Part shown: positions 1 through 8,800 of the stretch, in pieces
How positions within the stretch are numbered: position 1 is the first letter of the stretch
Layout: the number at the start of each line of letters is the position of its first letter
From: an uncultured virus (IMG/VR IMGVR_UViG_3300045115_000228)
Lineage: Duplodnaviria > Heunggongvirae > Uroviricota > Caudoviricetes
Direction: 5' to 3' (one strand)
Length of the DNA: 64,000 nt
Virus record (IMG/VR): IMGVR_UViG_3300045115_000228
Notes under the pieces: model-generated
The model's database searches: none
Seen by the model: the letters and a program-made list of their open reading frames with translations, nothing else
Told to the model about the DNA's origin: nothing
Translations under genes and position numbers: made by a program

Positions 1-2370
1 CCTCAGGCCGAACGCCTTGAGCTGCTTGCAGACGCAGTCGGCGAGCGGCTTGCCCTTGCAGGGGCCGTTCGTGGCCACGGCGTTGGCGCCGAACCTGCGG
101 GACACGTACTCGGCGCAGTTCGCCTCGGGGAAGGCCGTCTCGGGCTTGCCGTCGGCCGCCGCCGCGCGGCGCATCCTGGCCGTGACCTTCATCAGGGCCA
201 CGTACGCGGCCGCCGCCTTCTTGCACGGCTCGCAGTCGGCCGAGAACACCTTCTTCGGGTTGAGGGTCCACGCGATCTGCATGAACCCGGTCTTGTCGGC
301 GGCGACGAGGATCTCCTTGGTGGTCTTCGTCTCGCAGGACGGGCAGACGTACGCGACCTTGCCGGCCCCCTTCTCAAGCGGCTTGCACTCGGTCATGCCG
401 CAGGCGGGGCAGACGTGCCCGTACTTCTGCTCGCAGGAGGCGATCTTCTCCAGCCCGGCCTTGTCGAGCCTCGTGACCGCCGCCACCGGCATCTCCGGCA
501 GCTTCGGCTCCGTCACGCCCTCGTCGTTGCCGCCCGCCTCGAAGGACATGCCCTCGGGGTTGAGCACCTCGACGTTGACGTGCACCTCGTACTTGGCTCC
601 GCAGCCGTTGCACTCGAACGCGCCCGGGGGCAGGTCCTTCTTGCCGGTGGTCGTGTCCGAGCCCTTGCAGAACGGGCAGATCGATCCGGGCATCATCTGC
701 TCGCCGACGCCCGGGGCCTTCTCCTCGTCCTTGTCGTCCTTCTCGTCCTCGGTGAAGTTCTGCAGGCCCTCGCCCGCGTCCATCGCCGGGGCGCCCTGCG
801 GGAGCGCCGATCCGGGGTCCTGCGCCCCTCCGAGGTTCCCTCCGCCCGGCAGTCCGCCGGCGGCGCCGCCGAACTGGGCGGTCTTGACCTTCCTCTTCGC
901 GGAGGCGGTCGGGAGCGGGGCGTTCGGGGCTGGGGCTGCCGGGGGCGCGCCTGCCGCCCCGGCTGCGCCGGCAGGAGCCGGCGGAATCCCGGCGCCAGCG
1001 TCGCCGCCGACGAGCGCGTCGAGGCCCTCGCCCGTCGCGTCACCCTCCTTCGGGGCGCCCTCCACGTCCTTGCCCTGGTCGGCGAGGTCGAGGGACACGT
1101 CGGCCGCGGTTTCGCCCTCCTCGGTCTGGATCGCGATCTGCACGGAGCCTGCGGCCCCGTCGACCGTGACGTTCGTGATGTTGGCGACCTTGAGGCCCTT
1201 CACCTTGCTCGCGACGACGATGGGCTTGCCGTCCTTGACCCTGTTCTCCTCGATGGTCAGCTCGCCGGATCCGGCGACCTTGTTGACGAACGCGACGATC
1301 TTCGCCCGCGCCGCCTTCTGGTTGCCCTTGAGCTCATCAATGGTCGTGCCGATCTCCTGGACGGTCGCCTCGATGACGTGCGTCGGCCTCCTGGAGGCGA
1401 GGGCGGCCTTCATCCTGTCGCGTTCCTTGGCCCTCGCGTCGGCTCCGCCGGCCAGCGGGACGGGTTCCGCCGCGGGCGGGGCATCGACCTGCTGGACCTT
1501 GGACGGGGCGAGGACGGCCATCCTGATCTGCTGCTTGCGCGACGCCGAGGCGGCGACCGCCTCGACGGGCTCGGCGATGACGTCGTCGATGGCGGTCGAG
1601 AGGGCGACGACGGAGTCGTCCTCCGATCCGACCACGTCGAGGACGTCCATGACGACCTCGGGGCTGATCTCGGCGTCCTGGGCCACCAGGGTGCGCAGAC
1701 CGGCCACCACGTCGGCCCTCATGTCGTCGACGGTGACGGAGGCGAGCGTGATGCCCTTGCCGCCCCAGTAGTGGGCCCTGGCGACGACCGACGCCGCCTT
1801 GCCGACCGCCACGGCGTCCTTGTCGGACGTGATCAGGTCGAGCGTGCTCGTGCGGGACCTGGTGTCATCGACGAGCGAGGCAACGGCCCCGCGGATCATC
1901 TGGGGCGTTGCGGAGCAGCGGACGGCCGACTCGGCGATGGAGCGGATGACGGCGGCGGAGTGCTGCTCGGCGGTCTTCACCTTCTGGCGCCTGAACGCGG
2001 AGCGGGCGTAGAGGTCGCCCTGCTTGCCGTCGAGCTGGACCTCGGTGAGCCTGTCGGGCTCGGTGCCGACCTGCACGGTCGCGACCTGCACGCCGACCGT
2101 GTCGCTGGGCTCGGAGTCCTTGCGCTTGCCGGAGAGCTGCTTCTCGGGGAGCACCGAGGGGGCGTCGTCCTTGCGCTGCCCCTTGAGCTGGTCCTCCGTG
2201 AGCTTCTGCGGCTCGGAGTCCTTGCGCTTCGGGTCGAGCTGGACGTTCAGGGTGTCCTGCGGCTCCGTCCCGGTACGCGGGTGGTTCGCGAGGTTGGCGT
2301 CGAGCTGCTTCTCGGGCAGTACCCCAGGCGCCTCGGTCCTCGCTGCAGTCTGGATGATTGCGTCTGACAT
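1..2370 (-). CDS. Nested in-frame scaffold-like protein (internal start MSDAIIQ) with ExQL repeats, Gly/Pro linker and C-terminal CxxC clusters
   Basis: GGAGGAG SD just upstream of ATG 2370; internal promoter motif at 2417-2442; same frame as protease. Confidence 0.65.
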   Translation of the reverse strand, partial: MSDAIIQTAARTEAPGVLPEKQLDANLANHPRTGTEPQDTLNVQLDPKRKDSEPQKLTEDQLKGQRKDDAPSVLPEKQLSGKRKDSEPSDTVGVQVATVQVGTEPDRLTEVQLDGKQGDLYARSAFRRQKVKTAEQHSAAVIRSIAESAVRCSATPQMIRGAVASLVDDTRSRTSTLDLITSDKDAVAVGKAASVVARAHYWGGKGITLASVTVDDMRADVVAGLRTLVAQDAEISPEVVMDVLDVVGSEDDSVVALSTAIDDVIAEPVEAVAASASRKQQIRMAVLAPSKVQQVDAPPAAEPVPLAGGADARAKERDRMKAALASRRPTHVIEATVQEIGTTIDELKGNQKAARAKIVAFVNKVAGSGELTIEENRVKDGKPIVVASKVKGLKVANITNVTVDGAAGSVQIAIQTEEGETAADVSLDLADQGKDVEGAPKEGDATGEGLDALVGGDAGAGIPPAPAGAAGAAGAPPAAPAPNAPLPTASAKRKVKTAQFGGAAGGLPGGGNLGGAQDPGSALPQGAPAMDAGEGLQNFTEDEKDDKDEEKAPGVGEQMMPGSICPFCKGSDTTTGKKDLPPGAFECNGCGAKYEVHVNVEVLNPEGMSFEAGGNDEGVTEPKLPEMPVAAVTRLDKAGLEKIASCEQKYGHVCPACGMTECKPLEKGAGKVAYVCPSCETKTTKEILVAADKTGFMQIAWTLNPKKVFSADCEPCKKAAAAYVALMKVTARMRRAAAADGKPETAFPEANCAEYVSRRFGANAVATNGPCKGKPLADCVCKQLKAFGLR

Positions 2371-3885
2371 TTGTGCTCCTCCGCTTGCTTGGGTGCCGTC
2401 TCCGTGTGCTATCACATTCTCCGAAGATCTCTCTGTTCCCTTCCTCGGCGTGGCAAGGGCATGCCTTATGCTTTCCCTCTCCAGCGAGGCCATCCCTGGC
2501 GTTCTCCTGTTCATGGCAGCGTCGCCTCCGTTTTCCTGTCCGTCCCCGCCGGCGAGGGCTTCCCTGATCGCGCCGACGAGCTCGGCTATCCTCCTGAGCC
2601 TGTCGTCGCCGGACGCCAGGGGCTTCTTCGGAGCCGTCGGCATCCTCGGGGCCGCGAACATCGGCTGCGACGGCGATCCCGACACCGTGCCGACGCCAGG
2701 GGTCGGCTCGCTCGCCATGGCCGCTCCCAAGCCCCCCGCGAGGGCGTCCGACGCCGCCATCCCGGTCGCCCCGGACGCGCTGGGCACCCCCTCCGCCGGC
2801 CCCGGCATCGGGGCCTGGTCGGCTGCGCCCCCATCGACGCCAGGTATCCCCAAGGCCCCGCCGGTCTCGCCCTGGAGTTGGCCGTAGCCCGCCCCCGTGA
2901 GCTCGTCGGCGAACTCCTGGAGCTCGGACAGAATCTTGACGAGGTCGCTGGCGAACTCGACCTCCACGCGCTTGCGGTTCTTGATGAGGCTCACGGAGAT
3001 CTGCTCAAGGGTCTGCAGGACCTGCTCGATCTGCTGGAGTTCCTGCTGGCTCGCCTGCTTGTAGAGCTCGGTCTCGCGGTACATCGCCAGCGAGTTCTCC
3101 ACGCCGGCGACCTTCGCGAGGAAGCCGCTGCCCGACCCGACGGATCGCGACGCATGGCACGCGGCCTTGGCGAGGTGGTCGTCGTTGTCGTAGACCCCCT
3201 GGATGCGGCAGCTCTTGCAGGCGGGATCGCCGACGCCCGACAGCTCGATGAAGCGCACGCCGAAGTTGCGCTCGTAGACGTGGGCGTTCTTGAAGTTCCT
3301 GACCTCGCCCGTCTTGACGCTCTTGGCCTGCCCGGAGAACGTGCGACCCTTGCGGAACTTGATGTGGGGGCAGTACTCCTCGACCGTCGATGCCGGGTTG
3401 TCGCAGATCGAGCACTCCGAGTACTCCACCACGCACCCCATCGAGACGCCGCGCATGTAGTCCTGCTCGACGCCGCGGCAGAGCTGGGGGTAGGCCTCGC
3501 GGTCGATGAACCCGATGACGTAGATCGCCTTCTCCTTCGGGTCCCACTCGGAGAACACGATCTTGCCCTTGGCCTTCGTGATGTCCTGGTTCTCGTGGTT
3601 CGTGTAGAACGGCACGCCGACGAACGTGCCGGCGGCCTTCGCGAGCTCCTCGGACGAGAAGAAGTCCCCGTTCGAGTTGGTCTCGTCGGCCACGATGGCC
3701 CTGGCGCGGAAGAAAAGGGCGGTGGGGTGCTTCGCTATCTCGGCGTCGACGACCTGCCTGGCGCCAGAGTTGGCGTCGATGGACAGCCTGGCCGCGGCGG
3801 TCTTGCTGAGACCCGCGAACTCGGACGACGGGTCGCCCATCAGGCAGACGTCCGTGAACGAAACGGCCCTCTTCTTGATCGCCAT
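1..3885 (-). CDS. Prohead maturation protease fused to scaffold-like region (runs off left edge, >1295 aa; absent from ORF track)
   Basis: Manual translation from ATG 3885: MAIKKRAV...NSNGDFFS..EL...FVGVPFYTNH...GKIV...RGVSMGCVVEYSECSICDN...YERNFGVRFIELSGVGDPA, which are phage prohead protease motifs; no in-frame stop in the stretches read, and absence from the ORF track is consistent with the frame running off the edge; adjacent to portal. Confidence 0.85.
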   Translation of the reverse strand, partial: MAIKKRAVSFTDVCLMGDPSSEFAGLSKTAAARLSIDANSGARQVVDAEIAKHPTALFFRARAIVADETNSNGDFFSSEELAKAAGTFVGVPFYTNHENQDITKAKGKIVFSEWDPKEKAIYVIGFIDREAYPQLCRGVEQDYMRGVSMGCVVEYSECSICDNPASTVEEYCPHIKFRKGRTFSGQAKSVKTGEVRNFKNAHVYERNFGVRFIELSGVGDPACKSCRIQGVYDNDDHLAKAACHASRSVGSGSGFLAKVAGVENSLAMYRETELYKQASQQELQQIEQVLQTLEQISVSLIKNRKRVEVEFASDLVKILSELQEFADELTGAGYGQLQGETGGALGIPGVDGGAADQAPMPGPAEGVPSASGATGMAASDALAGGLGAAMASEPTPGVGTVSGSPSQPMFAAPRMPTAPKKPLASGDDRLRRIAELVGAIREALAGGDGQENGGDAAMNRRTPGMASLERESIRHALATPRKGTERSSENVIAHGDGTQASGGAQMSDAIIQTAARTEAPGVLPEKQLDANLANHPRTGTEPQDTLNVQLDPKRKDSEPQKLTEDQLKGQRKDDAPSVLPEKQLSGKRKDSEPSDTVGVQVATVQVGTEPDRLTEVQLDGKQGDLYARSAFRRQKVKTAEQHSAAVIRSIAESAVRCSATPQMIRGAVASLVDDTRSRTSTLDLITSDKDAVAVGKAASVVARAHYWGGKGITLASVTVDDMRADVVAGLRTLVAQDAEISPEVVMDVLDVVGSEDDSVVALSTAIDDVIAEPVEAVAASASRKQQIRMAVLAPSKVQQVDAPPAAEPVPLAGGADARAKERDRMKAALASRRPTHVIEATVQEIGTTIDELKGNQKAARAKIVAFVNKVAGSGELTIEENRVKDGKPIVVASKVKGLKVANITNVTVDGAAGSVQIAIQTEEGETAADVSLDLADQGKDVEGAPKEGDATGEGLDALVGGDAGAGIPPAPAGAAGAAGAPPAAPAPNAPLPTASAKRKVKTAQFGGAAGGLPGGGNLGGAQDPGSALPQGAPAMDAGEGLQNFTEDEKDDKDEEKAPGVGEQMMPGSICPFCKGSDTTTGKKDLPPGAFECNGCGAKYEVHVNVEVLNPEGMSFEAGGNDEGVTEPKLPEMPVAAVTRLDKAGLEKIASCEQKYGHVCPACGMTECKPLEKGAGKVAYVCPSCETKTTKEILVAADKTGFMQIAWTLNPKKVFSADCEPCKKAAAAYVALMKVTARMRRAAAADGKPETAFPEANCAEYVSRRFGANAVATNGPCKGKPLADCVCKQLKAFGLR
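2417..2442 (-). promoter_or_regulatory. Internal phage promoter AAGG-N18-AGAA for nested scaffold gene
   Basis: AAGG GAACAGAGAGATCTTCGG AGAA on minus strand, about 47 nt upstream of ATG 2370. Confidence 0.6.
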
Positions 3886-3903
3886 GTGCTTCTCCGCTCC
3901 GCT

Positions 3904-5745
3904 TCAGGCGGTGGGTATATGCTTCCTCAGGATCCTGTGGATTCCCTCGGCCTCGGCGTGCTTCCCGGCGGCGTCCAGCTCCTCCGCCATCTTGATCATC
4001 CGCGACAGGTGTCCTCCGAGCGCGCCGAACGGGTCGACGTCCCCCAACGGCGCGGGGTGCTCGACGATCGCGGCTGGGCTGGGGGCTTCCGGGGCCGCGG
4101 CGGGTTCGGGCGCCGGGGCTGCGGCCTTGTCCCCTCCCTCGTCGAGCATCTTCTCGACGCGCTGCTTGCGCTGCTTGACGACCGGCTTGCCGCCGGCGGC
4201 GCGGTCGGTCTCCTCCTTCTTGCGGCGGGCGATGGCGAGGTTCCTCCTCGTCGTGCGCGGCACGTCGCCGACTGGGGCCCCGGGCATCGCCGTCGTGTTG
4301 AGGTGGTCGACGGCCTCCTGGATCGAGTCGAAGCCGTACTGCTCGATCCTGTCGAGCTTCGACCCGCCCGTCACGTTCTGCCTCAGGATCGACCTCGGAA
4401 CCTGCTGCCCGTACATCCTCTTCGCCAAGGAGATGCTCGGCGGCTCGGGCTGCTGCATCTTGAAGGCCTCGCCGTTCGCCTGGCTGACGGCGTAAGCCTC
4501 GTCGCAGCGCCTCTTCCACTCGGCGAGCTGCTCCCTGTAGCGCCTCTTCAGGTTCGCGGTCATACCGGCCCCTGGCTGCACGCCGTAGCGGTCGAGTATC
4601 TCGGTCTTCCACGCCGGCGAGCCGTACAGCTTGGCGCGCCCGGACTCGGCGAGGGAAATCTCGCCCGAGAAAGGCTTGTCGCCGATGCTCGGCACGTTCA
4701 GGTCGTCCTCCGTCAGGGAGATCCCGAACTTCTCGGCGTACTCCTGGATGAGCTCGCCGACCTTCTTGTCGATGTCCTCCTGGGAGGCGACGTTGAGCTT
4801 GAGCGTGAAGACGCCGAACTTGTCCTTGGCCTGCTCGAAGTAGTCGCCGCAGTACGGGCCGACGGCGACGATGTACGTGCCGCGGTCGCCCCTGTGGACG
4901 AGCCACACCTTGTAGAAGGCGTCGGCGGGGTCGGACGGCCTGGCGAACTCCTCGCCGTACATCTCCTCGATCTCCTTCTGTCGCTTCCCCTTCTCGCCCA
5001 AGGCCGAGTCCCTCGCCATCCTCAGGTGCGGCTCGGATGCGGCGGCGGCGTTGAAAGACTGGTCCTGCCCCGACATGATGTCGTCGATGTCCCACCACTG
5101 GAAGCCGACCTCCCTACGGAGCCACGTCGGCATGGCGACCTTGGTGAAGAACGGGTAAGAGTCGGATTGCTCATAGAAGTATCCAGCAGGCATAGTTGTC
5201 CCTCCCTGCCCCTTGATGCTCTCGTACCAGTCGAAGAGGTAGTCCTCGTCGCCGATGTCGTCGTCCTCGGTCTCCTTCTTCCATTTCGCCACCCGGCTTC
5301 CCAATCCCTTGAGGTCCTTGGAGTCGTAGTACCTCACGTCGTCGGGCACGGGGACGCCCCACGTCCGGTTGGCGTACTCGATCGCCTCCTTGAGGTCGTG
5401 GAAGTAGAGGCCGCCGGCTGCGTAGTCGGCCGGCAGCTTGCGCATGCCGGCGAAGAACTCGGCCTTCGGGGAGTGCACCTTCGCCGGGCCGACGACCACG
5501 AAGTAGTCGTCGTTCGTGTCGGTGTCGTGCCCCTCGAACCTGAAGTAGCTGCCTGGACCCAGCGTCTCGTGGAACTGCTTCTTCAGGAAGAGCGTGCGCC
5601 TGGTGTAGGCTTCCTTCCAGACCACGGGCCGGTCGGCCAGCTTGGTCCTCGCCTCGACGACGATCCCGGCCTGGGACGCCCCGATCAACGCCCCGTCCCC
5701 AGAGAGGGATTGAGCCGTGCGGCTGTTTTCGGTCACATGCTCCAT
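3904..5745 (-). CDS. Hypothetical head-module protein (613 aa), N-terminal RTAQ
   Basis: Good codon bias, lies between portal and protease, has its own promoter. Confidence 0.8.
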   Translation of the reverse strand: MEHVTENSRTAQSLSGDGALIGASQAGIVVEARTKLADRPVVWKEAYTRRTLFLKKQFHETLGPGSYFRFEGHDTDTNDDYFVVVGPAKVHSPKAEFFAGMRKLPADYAAGGLYFHDLKEAIEYANRTWGVPVPDDVRYYDSKDLKGLGSRVAKWKKETEDDDIGDEDYLFDWYESIKGQGGTTMPAGYFYEQSDSYPFFTKVAMPTWLRREVGFQWWDIDDIMSGQDQSFNAAAASEPHLRMARDSALGEKGKRQKEIEEMYGEEFARPSDPADAFYKVWLVHRGDRGTYIVAVGPYCGDYFEQAKDKFGVFTLKLNVASQEDIDKKVGELIQEYAEKFGISLTEDDLNVPSIGDKPFSGEISLAESGRAKLYGSPAWKTEILDRYGVQPGAGMTANLKRRYREQLAEWKRRCDEAYAVSQANGEAFKMQQPEPPSISLAKRMYGQQVPRSILRQNVTGGSKLDRIEQYGFDSIQEAVDHLNTTAMPGAPVGDVPRTTRRNLAIARRKKEETDRAAGGKPVVKQRKQRVEKMLDEGGDKAAAPAPEPAAAPEAPSPAAIVEHPAPLGDVDPFGALGGHLSRMIKMAEELDAAGKHAEAEGIHRILRKHIPTA

Positions 5746-5754
5746 GCACCGTTC

Positions 5755-5780
5755 TTCGACGGCGGGGAGTGGATTCCCTT
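5755..5780 (-). promoter_or_regulatory. Phage promoter AAGG-N18-CGAA (leaderless geometry)
   Basis: AAGG GAATCCACTCCCCGCCGT CGAA GAA CGGTGC ATG. Confidence 0.7.
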
Positions 5781-5803
5781 CGTCGGGGCGGGAGTGGGTC
5801 CGC

Positions 5804-8800
5804 CTAGCGGGCGTTCTCCTTCATCCAGTTCTCCTTCTGGACCTGGCGCTTGATGATCGCCTCGATGACCTGGCGGGTCTTGTTCTCGACCTCGCGGTCC
5901 GTGAAGCGGAGGATCGTCCATCCCTGCTGGGCGAGCCTGCCGTCGCGCCTCTTGTCGGACGCGATCTGCTCGTCGGTCGAGTGGAACAGGGCCCCGTCGA
6001 CCTCGATGCCCAGCTTGATGTCGGGCATGGCGAAGTCCAGCGTGTACTCCTCGCCCATCGCCTGGACGGGGAGTTGGGCTACGAGGTTGTGCCTGATCTC
6101 GCCCCTGCGCACGCTGGCGGCGAGCTCCTTGAGCAGCTCGCGCTCCGGGCCGGTGAACTGGATGCGCCCCTTGTCGTCGCGCAGGTATCCCGACTCCTCG
6201 TCGCTGTGCTGCTTCCTGAACAGGCGCTCCTTGTAGCGCGTGATCTTCTCGCGGCTCCTCTTCTTGAGCACCTTGCCGCCGAACTCGCGGATGTTGGCGA
6301 CGCTGGACGACGCCGCGGCCCCCATCCCGCCTCCGGGCGCGCCGCCGGCCCCTCCGCCCCCGGCATCGCCGCCAGGCGCCCCTCCGAGATCGCCGCCGGG
6401 GCCGCCGCCGAGGTCAAGCCCGCCGCCCTCGCCCCCCATCCCTCCGATGTCGGGAAGGCCTCCCCCTCCGCCGCCGCCCCCTCCGCCCCCGAAGCCTCCG
6501 CCGAGCCCGCCGCCCTGCTGTTGCCCGCCTGGCAGGGCTCCGCGGGCGCGCTCGTAGCGCAGCAGCTCGACCTCCTGGTCGTAGTCGATGTCGAACGCCT
6601 TGAGCATCGTCTGCATGCTTATGGCGCCCTTCTCGTGGAGCTGGAGCATGAACGTGCGGTACTGCTGCTGGTCCCGCAGGTGCATGATGCTCCACTTGAT
6701 CCGCGGGTAGACGTACTCGAACTCGCCCCACTCGTTCTTCTCGATGAAGCCCATCATCTTGGCGACCTGGAGGTAGATCTTCTGCTCGACCCACTCGGCG
6801 AGCTCGTTCCTCCAGGAGTCCAGCTTGTCGATCATGACCTCGACGCCGATGGCGGCGGAGTTGTAGGTCGGGCCCTCCCCGTTCAGCAGGACCTTGTTCA
6901 CGCCGAGGCCGTCGAGGATCTCCTGCGAGATGATCTCGAACTCGTTCGTGAGCTGCATGATCTTGCCGGAGTTGCCATGGATTCCGACCTTGCCGTTGCG
7001 GCGCGTCACCAGCGTGCCGTTCGGAACCGTGAAACAGTAGACCCTTCCAGAGTACGAGACTCTTCCGATGTTCCGCTCCTTGACCGTCCTGTATCCGCCG
7101 CCGCGCTTGACGATCCCCGCCGACCACATCACCCTGTGGACGTCGTTGTGGTTCGGGTTGTCGCTAACCTCCATCCAGTCCTTCGGGTCGTAGCCGAGTT
7201 TCAGGACGAGCTCCTGGACTCCTCCGGCAAGGGATGCGGAGACGGACGAGTACACGAACCTCGGCGCGCCGTCGCTTCCGAACCTGACGCTGCCGTCACC
7301 GTCCATCAGGGCGCCCAACAGGATCGCCAGTTCGCGCGTTGGCAGATCCAATACCCATCGCGGAATCCGCTTCGAGAGCGAATTCTCGCCGAATTCGCCG
7401 CCAAGTTGCCTAGCGAACGCCGAGTCGTTGATGATGAACTGGACGTTCTTGGCGTCGCGCCTGTCGTCGACGCTCTCCTGAACCTTGTCGGACACCTTGC
7501 GGACGATGTCCTTGATCCTCCCGAAGCACGGGCTGTTCTCGGACTGCGACACATGCGCCGCCCAAATGCGTCCATTTTCGATCTTCAAGCCGCCTTCCGA
7601 GAGGTAGTAGCCGAGGAACGCCAAGAACTCGTCAAGGGTCAGGCCAGAAAGCTTCGGAATCTTCTTGTACGGCAACTCCGCCGGGATGCACCCCCTCCAC
7701 CCGACGGTCGCCATGAACCGAGTGTTCTCGACGACCTGGTCGGCACGAATCTTCTCCCATTGGCCGTGTCTGTACTCGCCGCCGTCGTTGTCCCATTCGC
7801 GCCGCGCCGCAACCATCGAGTGTTTCGGCGTGACGAGGACGTCGAGGTGGCGGCCGGAAACGCTGACCATCTCGCCGTCGTAGTCCATGGACGTGAACGC
7901 CGAAGGCTTCTGGAACTCAAGGTCTCCGGTCTGAAGGTTCACTGTGCCGACGATCAAGTCCCCGTCGTAGGCTCCATCGGGCTCGTTGATGGAGCCGAAC
8001 CTGACCCAGCCCTTGTTCGTCAGAACCTCGGTGTCCGCGGAATGACAAGCTCCAAACCAGTCCAGCTCGAAGGCGTGGTGCGTGACGAGGGTCAGGTTGG
8101 GGTCGTTGGCGACCTGGGCCAGCTTCGTGTTGATGTCGGCGAGGTCCCCGGCGGACGCCGGGCGCTCGTCCGACCCGACCTTGGCGACCTTGATGGGCAG
8201 GATCAGCCTCTCGGCGATGATCCATTGGGCCGTCATCAGCTTGGTCTTGTAGGCGAGGATGGGGAAGAGGCGCCTGACCATCCCGATGCCGTACTTGTTG
8301 TACCCGTTGTCGCAATACTTGACGTGGCTGACGTTGCGGTTGTCGAGCGGTATGGGGCGGCCCGCCATGATCATCTTGACGATCTCGGGCGAGAAGCGGT
8401 CGTGCCCCGGGCCGCGCTTCATGATGAGCGTGCGGAGCTCGTCGTTCGGCAGGAAGGCGATGAGGCTCTCGGGGCTGATGGGGTCGGAGTAGACCTCGGC
8501 GCACTCCGGGTTCAGGATGACGAGGCGCTTGAACGACCCGCCGTCGTGGTCGCAGGACTGGCCCTTGCCGTCGACGCCCCTGCCGTGGCACTTCTCGCAA
8601 TCGATCTCAAGGAAGGGGAAGCAGTCGCCGAGCAGGTGCACCTCGTGGGACATGACGCGCAGCCACTTGAGCAGATGGAGCTTCTCGGCGAGCTTGTCGA
8701 AGTACCTCTTGACGTAGCGGTTCGTGCACTCGTTCGTGAAGCCGTTGATGGGGAACTTCGAGTTGTGGCATGCCACCTTGCCCACTGTGTAGGAGTGCTC

